A stretch of 64,000 nt of DNA from an uncultured Gemmatimonadales bacterium (GCA_963825055.1 CAWGSK010000030.1:32001-96000); one strand, 5' to 3'; positions 37,640 through 50,273 are shown, numbered from the stretch's first letter. Numbers and translations are program-made. Notes: generated from the letters alone by a model not told the origin.

Positions 37640-37933
37640 ATGCCCATCTCGCCGCGTGACGGCGGCGTCCGGCTCCGCCTCTACATCCAGCCCCGAGCCT
37701 CCCGCACCGAGGTGGCCGGCCTCCATGACGACGTCATTCGTATCCGCCTCGCCGCCCCGCCGGTGGATGGCGCGGCGAACAAATCCCTGGTCCGTTTCCT
37801 GGCGAGACGCCTCGGCGTCCGGCAGTCGGAGGTGACCCTCGCTGCGGGCCAGTCCAGTCGGCGCAAGACTGTGGATGTCACGGGCCTGTCGGTGGAGGAA
37901 GCCCGGACCAGGCTCCTGAAGCCGGAGGCGTAG
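37640..37933 (+). CDS. yggU: DUF167/YggU family protein
   Basis: QPRASR, APPVDGAAN, GQSSRRK. Confidence 0.92.
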   Translation: MPISPRDGGVRLRLYIQPRASRTEVAGLHDDVIRIRLAAPPVDGAANKSLVRFLARRLGVRQSEVTLAAGQSSRRKTVDVTGLSVEEARTRLLKPEA

Positions 37934-37982
37934 AGCGCTTGCCGCACACGCCCCATCCGCCTACGTTCCGCAGACAATCGAA

Positions 37983-38033
37983 CCCGTGGTGATTTGCGCC
38001 TATTGCGGCCACGTTAAACAACTCGCTAAAACG
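37983..38033 (+). ncRNA. SAM-II (SAM-alpha) riboswitch
   Basis: cccgtggtgatttg-cgcctattgcg-gccacgttaaacaactcgctaaa matches the SAM-II pattern (CGTGGTGATTTG...GCCACGTTAAACAA.TCGCTAAA) and lies about 50 nt upstream of metH. Confidence 0.88.
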
Positions 38034-38082
38034 CCGCCCGGGGTGTTTTGGCACCGCGGGTTTCCGTGTTTCGGGAGGTTTC

Positions 38083-41000
38083 ATGGCAGGTGAGGGAGGA
38101 GCAGGAGGGAAGGCGGCACGGCGTCCGGCACGAGCGCGCCGGCTGGAGGCGCTGCCCCGGCTCCTGGGGGAGCGCATCCTCCTGCTCGACGGCGCCATGG
38201 GCACCATGATCCAGCGCGCCCGGCCCGGCGAGGAGGACTACCGGGGGGAGCGGTTCCGGGAACACACGCGTGACTTGCGCGGAAACAACGACCTGCTGAC
38301 GCTCACCCGTCCCGACCTGATCCGCGACATCCACGCCGCCTACCTCGCGGCCGGGGCGGACATCATCGAGACGAACACGTTCAACTCGACCGCGATCGCA
38401 CAGGCCGACTACGGGCTGGAAGCCCTGGTCCCGGAGTTGAACCTCGCCGGGGCCGCGCTGGCGCGGGCCGCCGCCGATGCGGCTGAGGAGGCGGATGGCA
38501 ACCCCCGGTGGGTCGCCGGGGTACTCGGGCCCACGAACCGCACGGCCTCGCTCTCGCCGGATGTGGGCAACCCGGCCGCACGCAACGTGACCTTCGCCGA
38601 ACTCGCCGAAGCCTATCGTGTCGCGGCCGCCGCCCTCGTGGAGGGAGGAGCCGACCTGCTCCTGATCGAGACCGTGTTCGATACCCTGAACGCGAAGGCC
38701 GCAATCTACGCCGTGATGGAGCTGTTCCCTGACGTCACCACCCGCCCCCCACTCATGATCTCCGGCACCATCACCGATGCCAGCGGGCGCACATTGTCCG
38801 GCCAGACCACCGAGGCCTTCTGGTACTCCATCGCGCACGCCCAGCCCTTCAGTGTCGGGCTCAACTGCGCACTCGGCGCTTCACAGCTTCGTGCCCACGT
38901 GCAGGACCTGGCCCGCACCGCGCCGGTCCCGGTCAGCACGCACCCCAACGCGGGCCTGCCCAACGAGTTCGGCGAATACGACGACACCCCCGCGTCCATG
39001 GCCAGCGTGCTGGGTGGCTTCGCCAAGGACGGGCTCGTGAACATCGTCGGCGGCTGTTGCGGCACGACACCCGACCACATCGCGGCCATCCGCGAGGCCG
39101 TGGCCGGATGCGCACCGCGCGCCCTGCCATCCTTCCCGCGCCGCTGCCGCCTGAGCGGCCTCGAGCCGCTGGTGATCAGCCCGGAATCCAACTTCGTGAA
39201 CGTGGGCGAGCGCACCAACGTGACGGGCTCGCGCCGGTTTGCGAAGCTCGTCCTGTCGGGCGCCTACGAAGACGCGCTCGAGGTGGCCCGGGAGCAGGTG
39301 GAAAACGGGGCCCAGATCGTCGACGTCAACATGGACGAAGGGATGCTGGATTCCCGCGAGGCCATGCGGACCTTCCTGCGCCTCATCGCGTCGGATCCGG
39401 CCATCAGCCGGGTGCCGATCATGGTGGACAGCTCCCGCTGGGACGTCATCCAGGAAGGCCTCCAGCAACTCCAGGGGAAGGGTGTCGTCAACTCCATCAG
39501 TCTCAAGGAAGGCGAGGAGGAATTCCGGCAGCGCGCCCGGGAAGTGCGTCGCTACGGCGCGGCGGTGGTGGTGATGGCCTTCGACGAACAGGGCCAGGCC
39601 GACACTGCGGGACGGAAGGTCGCGATATGCACCCGCAGCTACCGGATCCTGACGGAGGAACTCGGCTTTCCGGCCGAGGACATCATCTTCGACCCGAATA
39701 TCTTCGCCATCGGGACCGGCATGGAGGAGCATGCCGGCTACGCGCTCGCCTTCATCGAGGCCACGCGCCAGATCAAGGCCACCCTCCCGCATGCCCTGGT
39801 GAGCGGCGGCGTTTCCAACGTCTCCTTCTCGTTCCGTGGCAACGCGCCGGTGCGCGAGGCGATGCACTCGGCGTTCCTGTACCACGCGATCCGCGCCGGC
39901 ATGGACATGGGAATCGTCAATGCCGGACAGCTTGCGATCTACGACGACATCCCGCAGGACCTCCTGGAGCGGGTGGAGGACGTAATCCTCAACCGGCGGC
40001 AGGACGCCACCGAGCGGCTGCTCGAGGTCGCCCAGGACGCAACATCCCTGACGCGCGCGCACGGGCCCGACCTCTCCTGGCGGGAGCGCCCGGTCACCGA
40101 GCGCCTGACGCACGCGCTGGTGGAAGGAATCAACGCCTGGATCGTGGCGGACACCGAAGAGGCCCGCCAGGAATTCGACCATGCCATCGAGGTGATCGAA
40201 GGGCCACTCATGGACGGCATGAACGTCGTGGGCGACCTGTTCGGCGCGGGGAAGATGTTCCTGCCGCAGGTCGTCAAGAGCGCCCGGGTCATGAAGCAGG
40301 CCGTCGCGCACCTCATTCCGTACATTGAGGCCGAACGGGCCGGAGCCCCGTCGCGCCCGCGCGGCAGGGTGGTGCTGGCCACCGTCAAGGGCGACGTACA
40401 CGACATCGGCAAGAACATCGTGGGCGTGGTCCTGCAGTGCAACAACTACGAGGTGATCGACCTTGGCGTGATGGTGCCCTGCCAGAAAATCCTGGATACG
40501 GCGCGGGAGCATGAAGCCGATCTCATCGGGCTGAGCGGCCTGATCACGCCGTCCCTCGAGGAAATGGTGTTCGTCGCTTCCGAGATGGAGCGCCAGGGTT
40601 TCGAGCAACCCCTGCTCATCGGGGGCGCCACGACGTCCCGGGCGCATACGGCCGTCCGGATCGAACCCGCCTATTCCGGGCCGACAGTGCACGTCCTCGA
40701 TGCCTCCCGGGCGGTCGGAGTGGCCGGTACGCTGCTCAACCCCTCGGCCCGCGAGGCCTTTCACCGGGAGGTCCGCGCCGACTACGCCGCCCTCCGTGAG
40801 TCACGGCGAGGCCGGCGCCAGGCACGCGAGCGCCAGGGCATCGAAGATGCGCGAGCCAACCGGTTCCGGATCGACTGGCCCTCGACCGATCCGCCCGCGC
40901 CGGCCGCGAACGGGATCACCGTCCTCGACCATTACCCGCTCGAAGAGTTGCGCGAGCGAATCGACTGGACGCCATTCTTCCAGACGTGGGAGTTGCGGGG

Positions 41001-41830
41001 GCATTACCCCGACATCCTCACCGACGAAGCCCAGGGCGCCACGGCGCGAGAACTCTACGCCGATGCCCAGGCCATGCTTGACCGCATCATCCGTGAGCGC
41101 TCGGTGACCGCGCGTGCGGTGTTCGGCCTCTTCCCTGCCGCGGCCGATGGCGACGACATCGTCCTGTACGACGACCCCGGTCGGGAACGCGTCCGCGCCG
41201 TCGTCCACACGCTCAGGCAACAGATGACGAAGGGGCCGGACAGGCCCAATTACGCCCTGGCCGACTTCGTCGCCCCCGTCGGCAGCGGGGTCCCCGATCA
41301 TCTCGGCGCCTTCGTGGTGACTGCCGGCATCGGCCTTCCGGAGCTCATTGCCCATTTCGAGGCGGCCAACGACGACTACTCCGCTATCATGGCTCGCGCG
41401 ATCACCGACCGCCTGGCCGAGGCGTTCGCCGAGCGGCTGCACGAGCGGATCCGCCGCGAGTTCTGGGGCTATGCGCCGGACGAACACCTGGACAACGCCG
41501 ATCTGATCCGCGAGCGCTACCAGGGCATCCGACCCGCGCCGGGCTACCCCGCCTGCCCGGATCACACCGAGAAGCAGATCCTGTTCAGCCTGCTGGACGC
41601 GGAAGAACGGATCGGAGTCCGGCTGACCGAGAGTTGCGCCATGCTGCCGGCCGCATCCGTCAGCGGGTACTACTTCTGGCATCCGGAGTCGCGGTACTTC
41701 GGGGTCGGTACCATCGAGCGGGACCAGCTCGAGGACTACGCCCGGAGAAAGGGCATGCCGGTGAATGAGCTTGCGCGCTGGCTCGCGCCGAACCTCGACC
41801 ACACGCCGGAAGCACGCGCGGAGGAGGCCC

Positions 41831-41847
<17 letters not shown>
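38083..41847 (+). CDS. metH: Cobalamin-dependent methionine synthase
   Basis: [27 protein letters not shown]12 motif, [10 protein letters not shown]. Confidence 0.97.
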
Positions 41848-43696
<1,849 letters not shown>

Positions 43697-43759
43697 ACCG
43701 CGGTGCCGCCGGGGGTATGTTCGACCCCTGACGAACCCCGACACCGAGGCCCTGCCTTC

Positions 43760-44920
43760 ATGGATACAACCACTGCCGCTCCCGCACTCACGACCCTGTC
43801 GGAAGAGGAGGAGCTTTTCCGCGACACCGTCCGCGATTTCGCACAGACCGAGATCGCCCCGCATGTCCACGCCATGGACCAGGAGGCGAAGTTCCGTCCG
43901 GATCTCATCCCGAAGTTTTTCGAACTTGGCCTCATGGGTATCGAGATCCCCGAGCAGTACGGCGGGGCCGGCGGCAACATCTTCCTCGCAACCCTGGCCA
44001 TCGAGGAGCTCGCCCGGGTTGACGCATCCGCCGCCATTTATGTCGACGTCCACAACACGCTGGTGAACAACTGCGTCCTCCGCTGGGGCAACAAGGAGCA
44101 GCACACCCGGTACCTGCCCCGGCTGGCCAGTGGCATGCTGGGCGCCTTCGCCCTCTCCGAGCCCGGGAGCGGAAGTGACGCCTTCGCGCTCGCCACGCGC
44201 GCGGAAGAGCGGGACGACCACTGGGAGCTTACTGGCCGGAAATTCTGGATCACTAACGGCGCCGAGGCGGAGTTCTACATCGTCTTCGCGAACGAAGATC
44301 CGGCCAAGGGGTACAAGGGCATCACCGGTTTCATGGTGGAGCGGGATTTCGAGGGGTTCAGCGTCGGCAAGAGGGAGGACAAGCTGGGCATCCGGGCGTC
44401 CAGCACCACCGAACTGATCCTGGAGAAGTGCCGGGTACCGAAGGAGAACGTCCTCGGGCCTGTCGGGAAGGGATACAAGGTCAGTATCGAGACGCTGAAC
44501 GAAGGCCGTATCGGAATCGGCGCGCAGATGATCGGCGTGGCTACCGGGGCCCTCGAGGCCGCCACGGCCTACGTCCAGGAGCGGGAGCAGTTCGGCCGGA
44601 AGATCAGTGAATTCCAGGCCGTGCAGTTCCAGCTGGCCCAGATGGCCACCGAACTGGAAGCTGCGCGGCTCATGGTCTACAACGCCGCCCGCCTCAAGGA
44701 TATGGGGCGCCCGTTCCTCCGCGAGGCCGCGATGGCCAAGCTGTACAGTTCACAGGTGGCCGATCATGTCACCTCCCAGAGCCTCGAGCTCTTCGGCGGC
44801 TACGGCTACTCGAAGGAGTACCCGGCGGAGAAATACTACCGCGATGCCAAGATCGGGACGATCTACGAAGGCACCAGCAACATGCAGCTCCAGACGATTG
44901 CGAAGCTGATGTTGCGGTAG
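43760..44920 (+). CDS. Acyl-CoA dehydrogenase (short/branched-chain-like)
   Basis: FALSEPGSGSDA, KFWITNG, REQFG, GTIYEGT. Confidence 0.95.
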   Translation: MDTTTAAPALTTLSEEEELFRDTVRDFAQTEIAPHVHAMDQEAKFRPDLIPKFFELGLMGIEIPEQYGGAGGNIFLATLAIEELARVDASAAIYVDVHNTLVNNCVLRWGNKEQHTRYLPRLASGMLGAFALSEPGSGSDAFALATRAEERDDHWELTGRKFWITNGAEAEFYIVFANEDPAKGYKGITGFMVERDFEGFSVGKREDKLGIRASSTTELILEKCRVPKENVLGPVGKGYKVSIETLNEGRIGIGAQMIGVATGALEAATAYVQEREQFGRKISEFQAVQFQLAQMATELEAARLMVYNAARLKDMGRPFLREAAMAKLYSSQVADHVTSQSLELFGGYGYSKEYPAEKYYRDAKIGTIYEGTSNMQLQTIAKLMLR

Positions 44921-44946
44921 CGTAACTCCTGTGGTGGCGCCCCCAC

Positions 44947-44988
44947 GGGGTCGGACGATTTAACCGTCCGGCCCCTTCGCGTTTCGCA
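44947..44988 (+). terminator. Terminator-like hairpin after acyl-CoA dehydrogenase
   Basis: ggggtcggacg-atttaac-cgtccggcccc followed by ttcgcgtttcg. Confidence 0.55.
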
Positions 44989-45217
44989 ATTCGTTCGGGG
45001 GAATCTCCGCGAAGTGCGGCGTCCAGGTTGCCGCCTGATAAGGGGTTCCAGGAGGAAGCCAGCGGGGGGCTCCTGGGCCTGGATCTTGCTAGCCTGCAGG
45101 GTAGGTGTGAGATTCATCCGTCGGAAGCGGAAAACCGGTTCCGTACGAGGTGAAGGTCCCGCGGGCTCCCCACCGTCGGTCCAACGTAGCAGTCCCGTAG
45201 CTGGAGGCCGGTTCCTG

Positions 45218-46726
45218 GTGAAATCCCGGCGTGTTCTCTCTGTTGCCTTGTTCATGGCGGCCGCATCCGCGGCCGGGCCTCTGCACGCCCAGGTCCTCGG
45301 TCCAGACATGCGGGACCGCCTCGCCGACTGGTTTCGGACTTCGCAGCGGGTAGCCCCCGGACAGTGGGGGATCGCCATTGCCGACCAGGACGGGCGGCTC
45401 CTCTACGGAGTAGAGCCGCAGCAGATGCTCGTCCCTGCTTCCACTGTGAAGCTTTTCACCACCGGATACGCCCGAACCGTCCTGGGCAGCGATGCCCGGC
45501 TCAGCACACGGGTTCTCGGCCGCGGGATGCTGAATCCCGTCACCGGCACCTGGGAGGGCTCCTGGTCGCTTGAGGTGAACGGGGATCCGTCGCTGGAGAA
45601 CCCGACCGGCGACGGGCCCCGTCTGGCCGACCTGGCCCGGCAGCTGGCCGACCGGGGCATCCGGCACTTGCGCGGCCCGCTTTCGGTTGTCAGCCTGGAT
45701 GGGCTCAAGGCGGACGCGGAGTACCCCAGCACCTGGTCACCCAGGCATTGGGGCCGCCTCTTCGCCCCGCTGATCGGCCCGCTCACACTGCACGAGAACA
45801 TCGTGTCGTTCACGCTCCGCCCCGCCGCCCGGGTCGGTGCCGCGCCGGAGATCGTCTCCGACGAGCCCCACGGGGTACGGAACCTGGTCACGGTAAGAGC
45901 CCGCACCGTGTCGGGTCGCCGCAGTCAGCTGCGCCTGCAGTCGCGGGATGATGGCGGCTGGATCGTCTCCGGAACCATCGGCGCCCACGCCCGCACCCAG
46001 TACTTCGCCGCGGTGGCCTCCAACCCGAAGGCCGTCCTGGCCCGGGCCTGGGCGGCCGCCCTTGAGGAAGCAGGCGTCGAATGGGTCCACACGGACCCGG
46101 ACGAAGCCGCACCAGCCAGCTCCGAACCGTACGTCCTGGCCGAGGTTGCATCGCCCGTGTTCGACTCGGTGGCCAGCGAAGTCAATCGGCGGAGCCTGAA
46201 CCTGGGTGCGGAACTCCTCCTCCAGTGGGCTGCGGGACGGTCCGGCGGGCCGGCGCTGCTGACCCGTCACGTCAAGGACATCACCGGCGACTCGGCGGTC
46301 CACCTGGTGGACGGCAGCGGGCTCTCCGGTGAGGACCGCGCCTCGCCGATGATGTTCGTGCAGTACCTGGCCAGGCTGCCCCTGACCGAGGGAGGACGGA
46401 ACTTCCCCATGCTCCTGCCGGCCAACGGGGTTGGGACGCTCAAGCGGCTCAGCACGGGTCTGCCGGAGCGTGGCGTGGTCCGCGCCAAGACCGGCACCCT
46501 GCGGGACGTCTCGGCGGTCACCGGATACCTCGGCCGGCCTGACGGCGTCCTCATCATTTCGCTCATGTACAACGGCAACAAGACCTACAACGCGCGCCAG
46601 CAGCAGTGGAGGCTTTTCCGCCTGCTGGGCGCCGACGGCGTCGCAATCCCGCGCGATACGCTCGTACCGGACGACATGCAGTTCGGTGGCGAGGATGAGG
46701 GTAGCACCGACGCCGTCAGCGACTGA
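45218..46726 (+). CDS. dacB: D-Ala-D-Ala carboxypeptidase/endopeptidase (PBP4, S13)
   Basis: PASTVK (SxxK), SLN (SxN), DGSGLS, KTGT; GTG start with GGAGG and a signal peptide. Confidence 0.9.
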   Translation: MKSRRVLSVALFMAAASAAGPLHAQVLGPDMRDRLADWFRTSQRVAPGQWGIAIADQDGRLLYGVEPQQMLVPASTVKLFTTGYARTVLGSDARLSTRVLGRGMLNPVTGTWEGSWSLEVNGDPSLENPTGDGPRLADLARQLADRGIRHLRGPLSVVSLDGLKADAEYPSTWSPRHWGRLFAPLIGPLTLHENIVSFTLRPAARVGAAPEIVSDEPHGVRNLVTVRARTVSGRRSQLRLQSRDDGGWIVSGTIGAHARTQYFAAVASNPKAVLARAWAAALEEAGVEWVHTDPDEAAPASSEPYVLAEVASPVFDSVASEVNRRSLNLGAELLLQWAAGRSGGPALLTRHVKDITGDSAVHLVDGSGLSGEDRASPMMFVQYLARLPLTEGGRNFPMLLPANGVGTLKRLSTGLPERGVVRAKTGTLRDVSAVTGYLGRPDGVLIISLMYNGNKTYNARQQQWRLFRLLGADGVAIPRDTLVPDDMQFGGEDEGSTDAVSD

Positions 46727-46755
46727 CCCGCGTCAGGCGCAGATCCCGCTGGAGC

Positions 46756-46829
46756 AGGTCGAAAATCCAAGGTCGAAGGTCAGGGGTCGAATAGCTCTTC
46801 GACTTTCGACCTTCGACCTTCGACTTTCG
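46756..46829. repeat. Inverted pair of heptamer arrays (AGGTCGA)n ... (TTCGACY)n
   Basis: Directly visible between convergent dacB and the anti-sigma gene. Confidence 0.85.
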
Positions 46830-46841
46830 CTTCTCAGCCTC

Positions 46842-47567
46842 TCACAGCATCAGGTGGGCCAGCTCCCGCCCCTCCGGCTTCGGCTGGTCGCCCTCCATCG
46901 GCTCCAGGGTCAGGGCCGCGCCCAGGACGGGCTCGTTGCCGGCGGGCATCCCCATGGTCAGGAGTGCCGGACGCCCCGGTCGGCTGTCGATGGTGGCGCC
47001 CCGGACCATGCCGTCGGGTCGGATGAACCAGAACTGGTAGACGTGCTCCGGGCCTGCGGGTGGCAGGCCATGCACCACGACGTTCCAGCGGTGGGTGACC
47101 GGGTCGGCGAAGATCAGGAGGCCACCCTGGTGACCATCCATCGTGATCGAGGCCTGCATGACCCGCCCCGCATTTCGCATAATCGAGAGAGTGTCGCGGA
47201 CCGCGGCGAGCTCGACCCGCTCCGCCTCGAGATGCTGCTGCAGACGCTGACCCGCCGCCCGCCCACCGAGCCAGGCCCCGCCGGCCAGGAGCAGCCCGGC
47301 AACAGCGGCGGCCGTGGCCATGGCATTCCACCGCCAGCGACTTCCGCCGGCAGCCCGACCGAGAACCGCCGAACGAAACCCGGGAGGTGGTGCAGCGGGC
47401 GTGGCGGCCATGGGCAGCCAGCGCAGGTCACGCTCGATCTCCAGCACGGCCTCGCGACACTCCGCGCATCGCCGGAGATGATCGGCGAAGGTACGTTCGG
47501 CCTCGGGATCGAGGCTCCGCGTCGCGTAGTCCGTCCGGTGCTCGACAAACCAGTCGTGCGAGTTCAT
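46842..47567 (-). CDS. Anti-sigma factor (zf-HC2 + TM + RskA-like domain)
   Basis: HLRRCAEC, one TM, LPPAGPEHVYQFW, ALTLEP. Confidence 0.85.
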   Translation of the reverse strand: MNSHDWFVEHRTDYATRSLDPEAERTFADHLRRCAECREAVLEIERDLRWLPMAATPAAPPPGFRSAVLGRAAGGSRWRWNAMATAAAVAGLLLAGGAWLGGRAAGQRLQQHLEAERVELAAVRDTLSIMRNAGRVMQASITMDGHQGGLLIFADPVTHRWNVVVHGLPPAGPEHVYQFWFIRPDGMVRGATIDSRPGRPALLTMGMPAGNEPVLGAALTLEPMEGDQPKPEGRELAHLML

Positions 47568-48178
47568 CTGATCCAGTCCTTCAGGTGTGCCAGCGCCGGG
47601 CGCAGTTTGTCGAACGCCAGGCGCAGGCGGGTCTTGACGGTACCGATCGGCAGGTCGAGCCGTCCGGCGATCTCCGAATGGGTGAGCCCCTCGAAGTAGG
47701 AGAGGGCAACCACCCGCTGTTGCTCAGCGGGCAGGTCGTTCAAGGCAGCGTGGACCGCGTCATGCACGTGCCAGCCCGGCCGGGCGGCCTCGTTCGGCTC
47801 GACCGCACGATCAAACGGCTCGGTGGAACCGGCCTCCACCCGGACCCGCCGCAGCTTCCGCCGCCAGCGGCCCCGCGCCCGCAGCCGGTCAATGGCACGG
47901 TTGCGCGCCACGCGCATGAGCCAGGGCATGAGACCGTCAGCTTCCGGGTCCAGCAGGTGCGTCCGCCCCCAGAGAGTGACAAACGTGTCCTGCACCACCT
48001 CCTCCGCCTCATGCCGGTCGTGCAGCATTCCCTGCACAAGGCCGAGGAGCCACGGCGCGGCCACATCAATCAGCTCACCCAGCGCGTCTTCGTCGCCCCG
48101 CAGCAGCCGGTCGCGCAGGCCGCGCTCACGCTCGGCTGGTATCAGGCGGATCCCGCCCGCGCCGCTCTCCCGCCTCAT
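47564..48178 (-). CDS. ECF sigma factor (SigK-like); start uncertain (48178-48196)
   Basis: AEEVVQDTF, WLMRVARNRAIDRLR, SYFEGLTHSEIA...GTVKTRLR. Confidence 0.9.
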   Translation of the reverse strand: MRRESGAGGIRLIPAERERGLRDRLLRGDEDALGELIDVAAPWLLGLVQGMLHDRHEAEEVVQDTFVTLWGRTHLLDPEADGLMPWLMRVARNRAIDRLRARGRWRRKLRRVRVEAGSTEPFDRAVEPNEAARPGWHVHDAVHAALNDLPAEQQRVVALSYFEGLTHSEIAGRLDLPIGTVKTRLRLAFDKLRPALAHLKDWIR

Positions 48179-48227
48179 GGAACGTCCCATGCCCATGAAA
48201 CGAGCCGGAACCCGCGGGCAGTTTTCC

Positions 48228-49388
48228 TCACGCCGACAGGGGCCCCACGGCGCGCAGCCGTTCTGACGCCTGTTCCAGCAATGGCAGGGTCTTACAGAAT
48301 GCGAAGCGAACCATCGATCTCCCGCGCGACTGGTCATGGAAGAAGCTCGAGCCCGGCACCGGGGCCACGCCCACCTCCGACGTAAGCCATCGGCTGAAGG
48401 TGGTATCGTCCTCTGCACTCAACGAGGAAAAGTCGGCCAGGACATAGTAGGCGCCCTCGGGCGGCACCAGATCGAACCCCGCATCGGCCAGGGCGCTGCA
48501 GAGCAGGTCCCGCCGTGCGCGATATCCGGACGCCAGGCCGTCGTAGTATGCCCGGTCCAGCTCTTCCAGGGCCACGGCGACGCCGTCCTGAAGCGGTGCC
48601 GGGGCGCCCACGGTGAGAAAATCGTGGACCTTCCGGATGGCGCCGGTCAGGGCGGGCGGCGCGACAATCCAGCCCACCCGCCAGCCGGTGACACTGAACG
48701 TCTTGGAGGCCCCGCTGATGGTGACGGTCCGCTCCGCCATGCCCGGAAACGTGGCCAGCGGCCGGTGCTCTCCAGTGTACCGGATGTGCTCGTAGATCTC
48801 GTCGGTAAAGGCCAGCAGGTCATGCGTCCGGCAGAGGCTGGCGACGCCCTCCAGCTCGGCCGGGGTGAGCACGCGCCCCGAGGGGTTGCCCGGGGTATTG
48901 ACGATGATCGCTCGCGTGCGCGGGGAGACGCTTTCCTTGAGCCGGTCCAGGTCGAGCGGCCGCCCCGGCTCCAGCGGTACGAACACGGGAGTCGCGCCAC
49001 AGAGAATGGCGTCGGGTCCGTAATTCTCGTAGAACGGCTCCGGCACGATCACCTCGTCGCCCGGATCGACCAGGGCCAGCAGGGTGGACGCCATCGCTTC
49101 CGTCGCCCCGCATGTCACCGTCAGCATCGTCTCCGGGTCGACGGCCATGCCATACCATTCCCCGTAGCGGAGCGCGAGCACCTCGCGCAGCCGCTTGCTC
49201 CCCCATGTGATCGCGTACTGGTTGACATCCGCCCGGATCGCCCGGCAAGCCGCCTCCTTCAGGGAATCCGGGGCGGGAAAGTCGGGGAAGCCCTGCGCCA
49301 GGTTGATGGCATCGTGCTGGCGCGCCAGGCGGGTCATTCCCCGGATGACGGACTCGTTGAAGGCGTGCGTGCGGCGAGCGGTGCGCAT
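48228..49388 (-). CDS. PLP-dependent aminotransferase class I/II
   Basis: INLAQGFPDF, NTPGNPSG, DEIY, SKTFSVTGWRVG. Confidence 0.93.
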   Translation of the reverse strand: MRTARRTHAFNESVIRGMTRLARQHDAINLAQGFPDFPAPDSLKEAACRAIRADVNQYAITWGSKRLREVLALRYGEWYGMAVDPETMLTVTCGATEAMASTLLALVDPGDEVIVPEPFYENYGPDAILCGATPVFVPLEPGRPLDLDRLKESVSPRTRAIIVNTPGNPSGRVLTPAELEGVASLCRTHDLLAFTDEIYEHIRYTGEHRPLATFPGMAERTVTISGASKTFSVTGWRVGWIVAPPALTGAIRKVHDFLTVGAPAPLQDGVAVALEELDRAYYDGLASGYRARRDLLCSALADAGFDLVPPEGAYYVLADFSSLSAEDDTTFSRWLTSEVGVAPVPGSSFFHDQSRGRSMVRFAFCKTLPLLEQASERLRAVGPLSA

Positions 49389-49475
49389 TGCAGGTCTCGG
49401 GGGAAGGGGGCCCCGGCAAAATGGCCCCCCCGGTCAAGGACCGGGAGGGCCGGATTGATCACTCGCGGGAGGAAG

Positions 49476-49694
49476 TCAGCTGCGGCGGCCCGCCGTGACG
49501 AGCAACACGATACCACCCACAATGGCGATCCCGCCGATGATCGGGGGAATCGGAACCGTCTTGTTGTGCTCGGTGGTGATTTCCACCGGCCCGAGGTCGG
49601 TCGAGTCCTTGTCCCGGTATGTCACGCCCTGATAGATCAGCGCGAGAATGCCGCCGACAATGAGCACGATTCCGAGGATACCCATGGGCTTCAT
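49476..49694 (-). CDS. Small two-TM membrane protein
   Basis: TM - DLGPVEIT...TVPIPP - TM; TGATG coupling to the upstream gene. Confidence 0.75.
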   Translation of the reverse strand: MKPMGILGIVLIVGGILALIYQGVTYRDKDSTDLGPVEITTEHNKTVPIPPIIGGIAIVGGIVLLVTAGRRS

Positions 49695-49879
49695 CAGCGG
49701 GCTCCGGAATGGGGCGTGTGGTCCATGCTGTGGAACTCACGGGTCCCCTGGAGCAGACGCACGACCGACAGGATGATGGCCAGAATCAGCAACCCGTGGA
49801 TCAGGCCGCCGAAGGTTACCGAGAGTATGAGCCCGGCGAGCCAGAGAACGAGCAACAAGGCAATGACGACACTGAGCAT
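49694..49879 (-). CDS. lmo0937 family small membrane protein
   Basis: LLVLWLAGL...GGLIHGLLILA...RLLQG; AGGAG RBS. Confidence 0.8.
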   Translation of the reverse strand: MLSVVIALLLVLWLAGLILSVTFGGLIHGLLILAIILSVVRLLQGTREFHSMDHTPHSGAR

Positions 49880-49929
49880 GCAATCTCCTGCATTGATGTG
49901 ACAATGTGGGCCGAGTCCGGCCTCTGGTC

Positions 49930-49972
49930 ATTGTGCTCCTCTGCGCGTGAAGTAGCCGTGACCCATATCACA
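49930..49972 (-). promoter_or_regulatory. CRP/FNR-family site with class II promoter geometry
   Basis: CGTGA-cccata-TCACA (49957-49972); minus-strand -10 CACAAT (49935-49930) places the site centre at about -41.5. Confidence 0.55.
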
Positions 49973-50046
49973 TGCCTCGGATGGCCTGCTTTGCGGTCAC
50001 CCTGCGGCCCCCCTTACATTCGGCCACCGCACTCATCGGGGGCCTG

Positions 50047-50244
50047 ATGGCTTCACCTGAACGACCGGCGCCATGGGCGCTGGCGGCGCTCGTGCATCTC
50101 GTCCTGCTGGCCTCGGTGCTCATCATGGCCGGGACCGCCTGGTTCCTGCGCACCTCAGGCATGATGGGGCCCGCCAGCCCCGATGACGGTGCCGGCCTCG
50201 GACTCCTGCTCTTCAGCGCCCCGGCCCGCATCGGACCCGCGTAA
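50047..50244 (+). CDS. Small hypothetical membrane protein
   Basis: One hydrophobic helix, upstream of the M42 peptidase. Confidence 0.4.
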   Translation: MASPERPAPWALAALVHLVLLASVLIMAGTAWFLRTSGMMGPASPDDGAGLGLLLFSAPARIGPA

Positions 50245-50273
50245 CCACACCTTTCCCCTGACCCGGCACGGAA

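Noticed and set aside
44990..45217. Possible c-di-AMP or other riboswitch upstream of dacB
   Set aside because: I could not find the conserved motifs by eye; an Rfam scan would be needed.
48197..48227. ECF-type autoregulatory promoter (GAAAAC-N18-CGTT, minus strand)
   Set aside because: The spacing is atypical and the start codon uncertain; it cannot be supported without TSS data.
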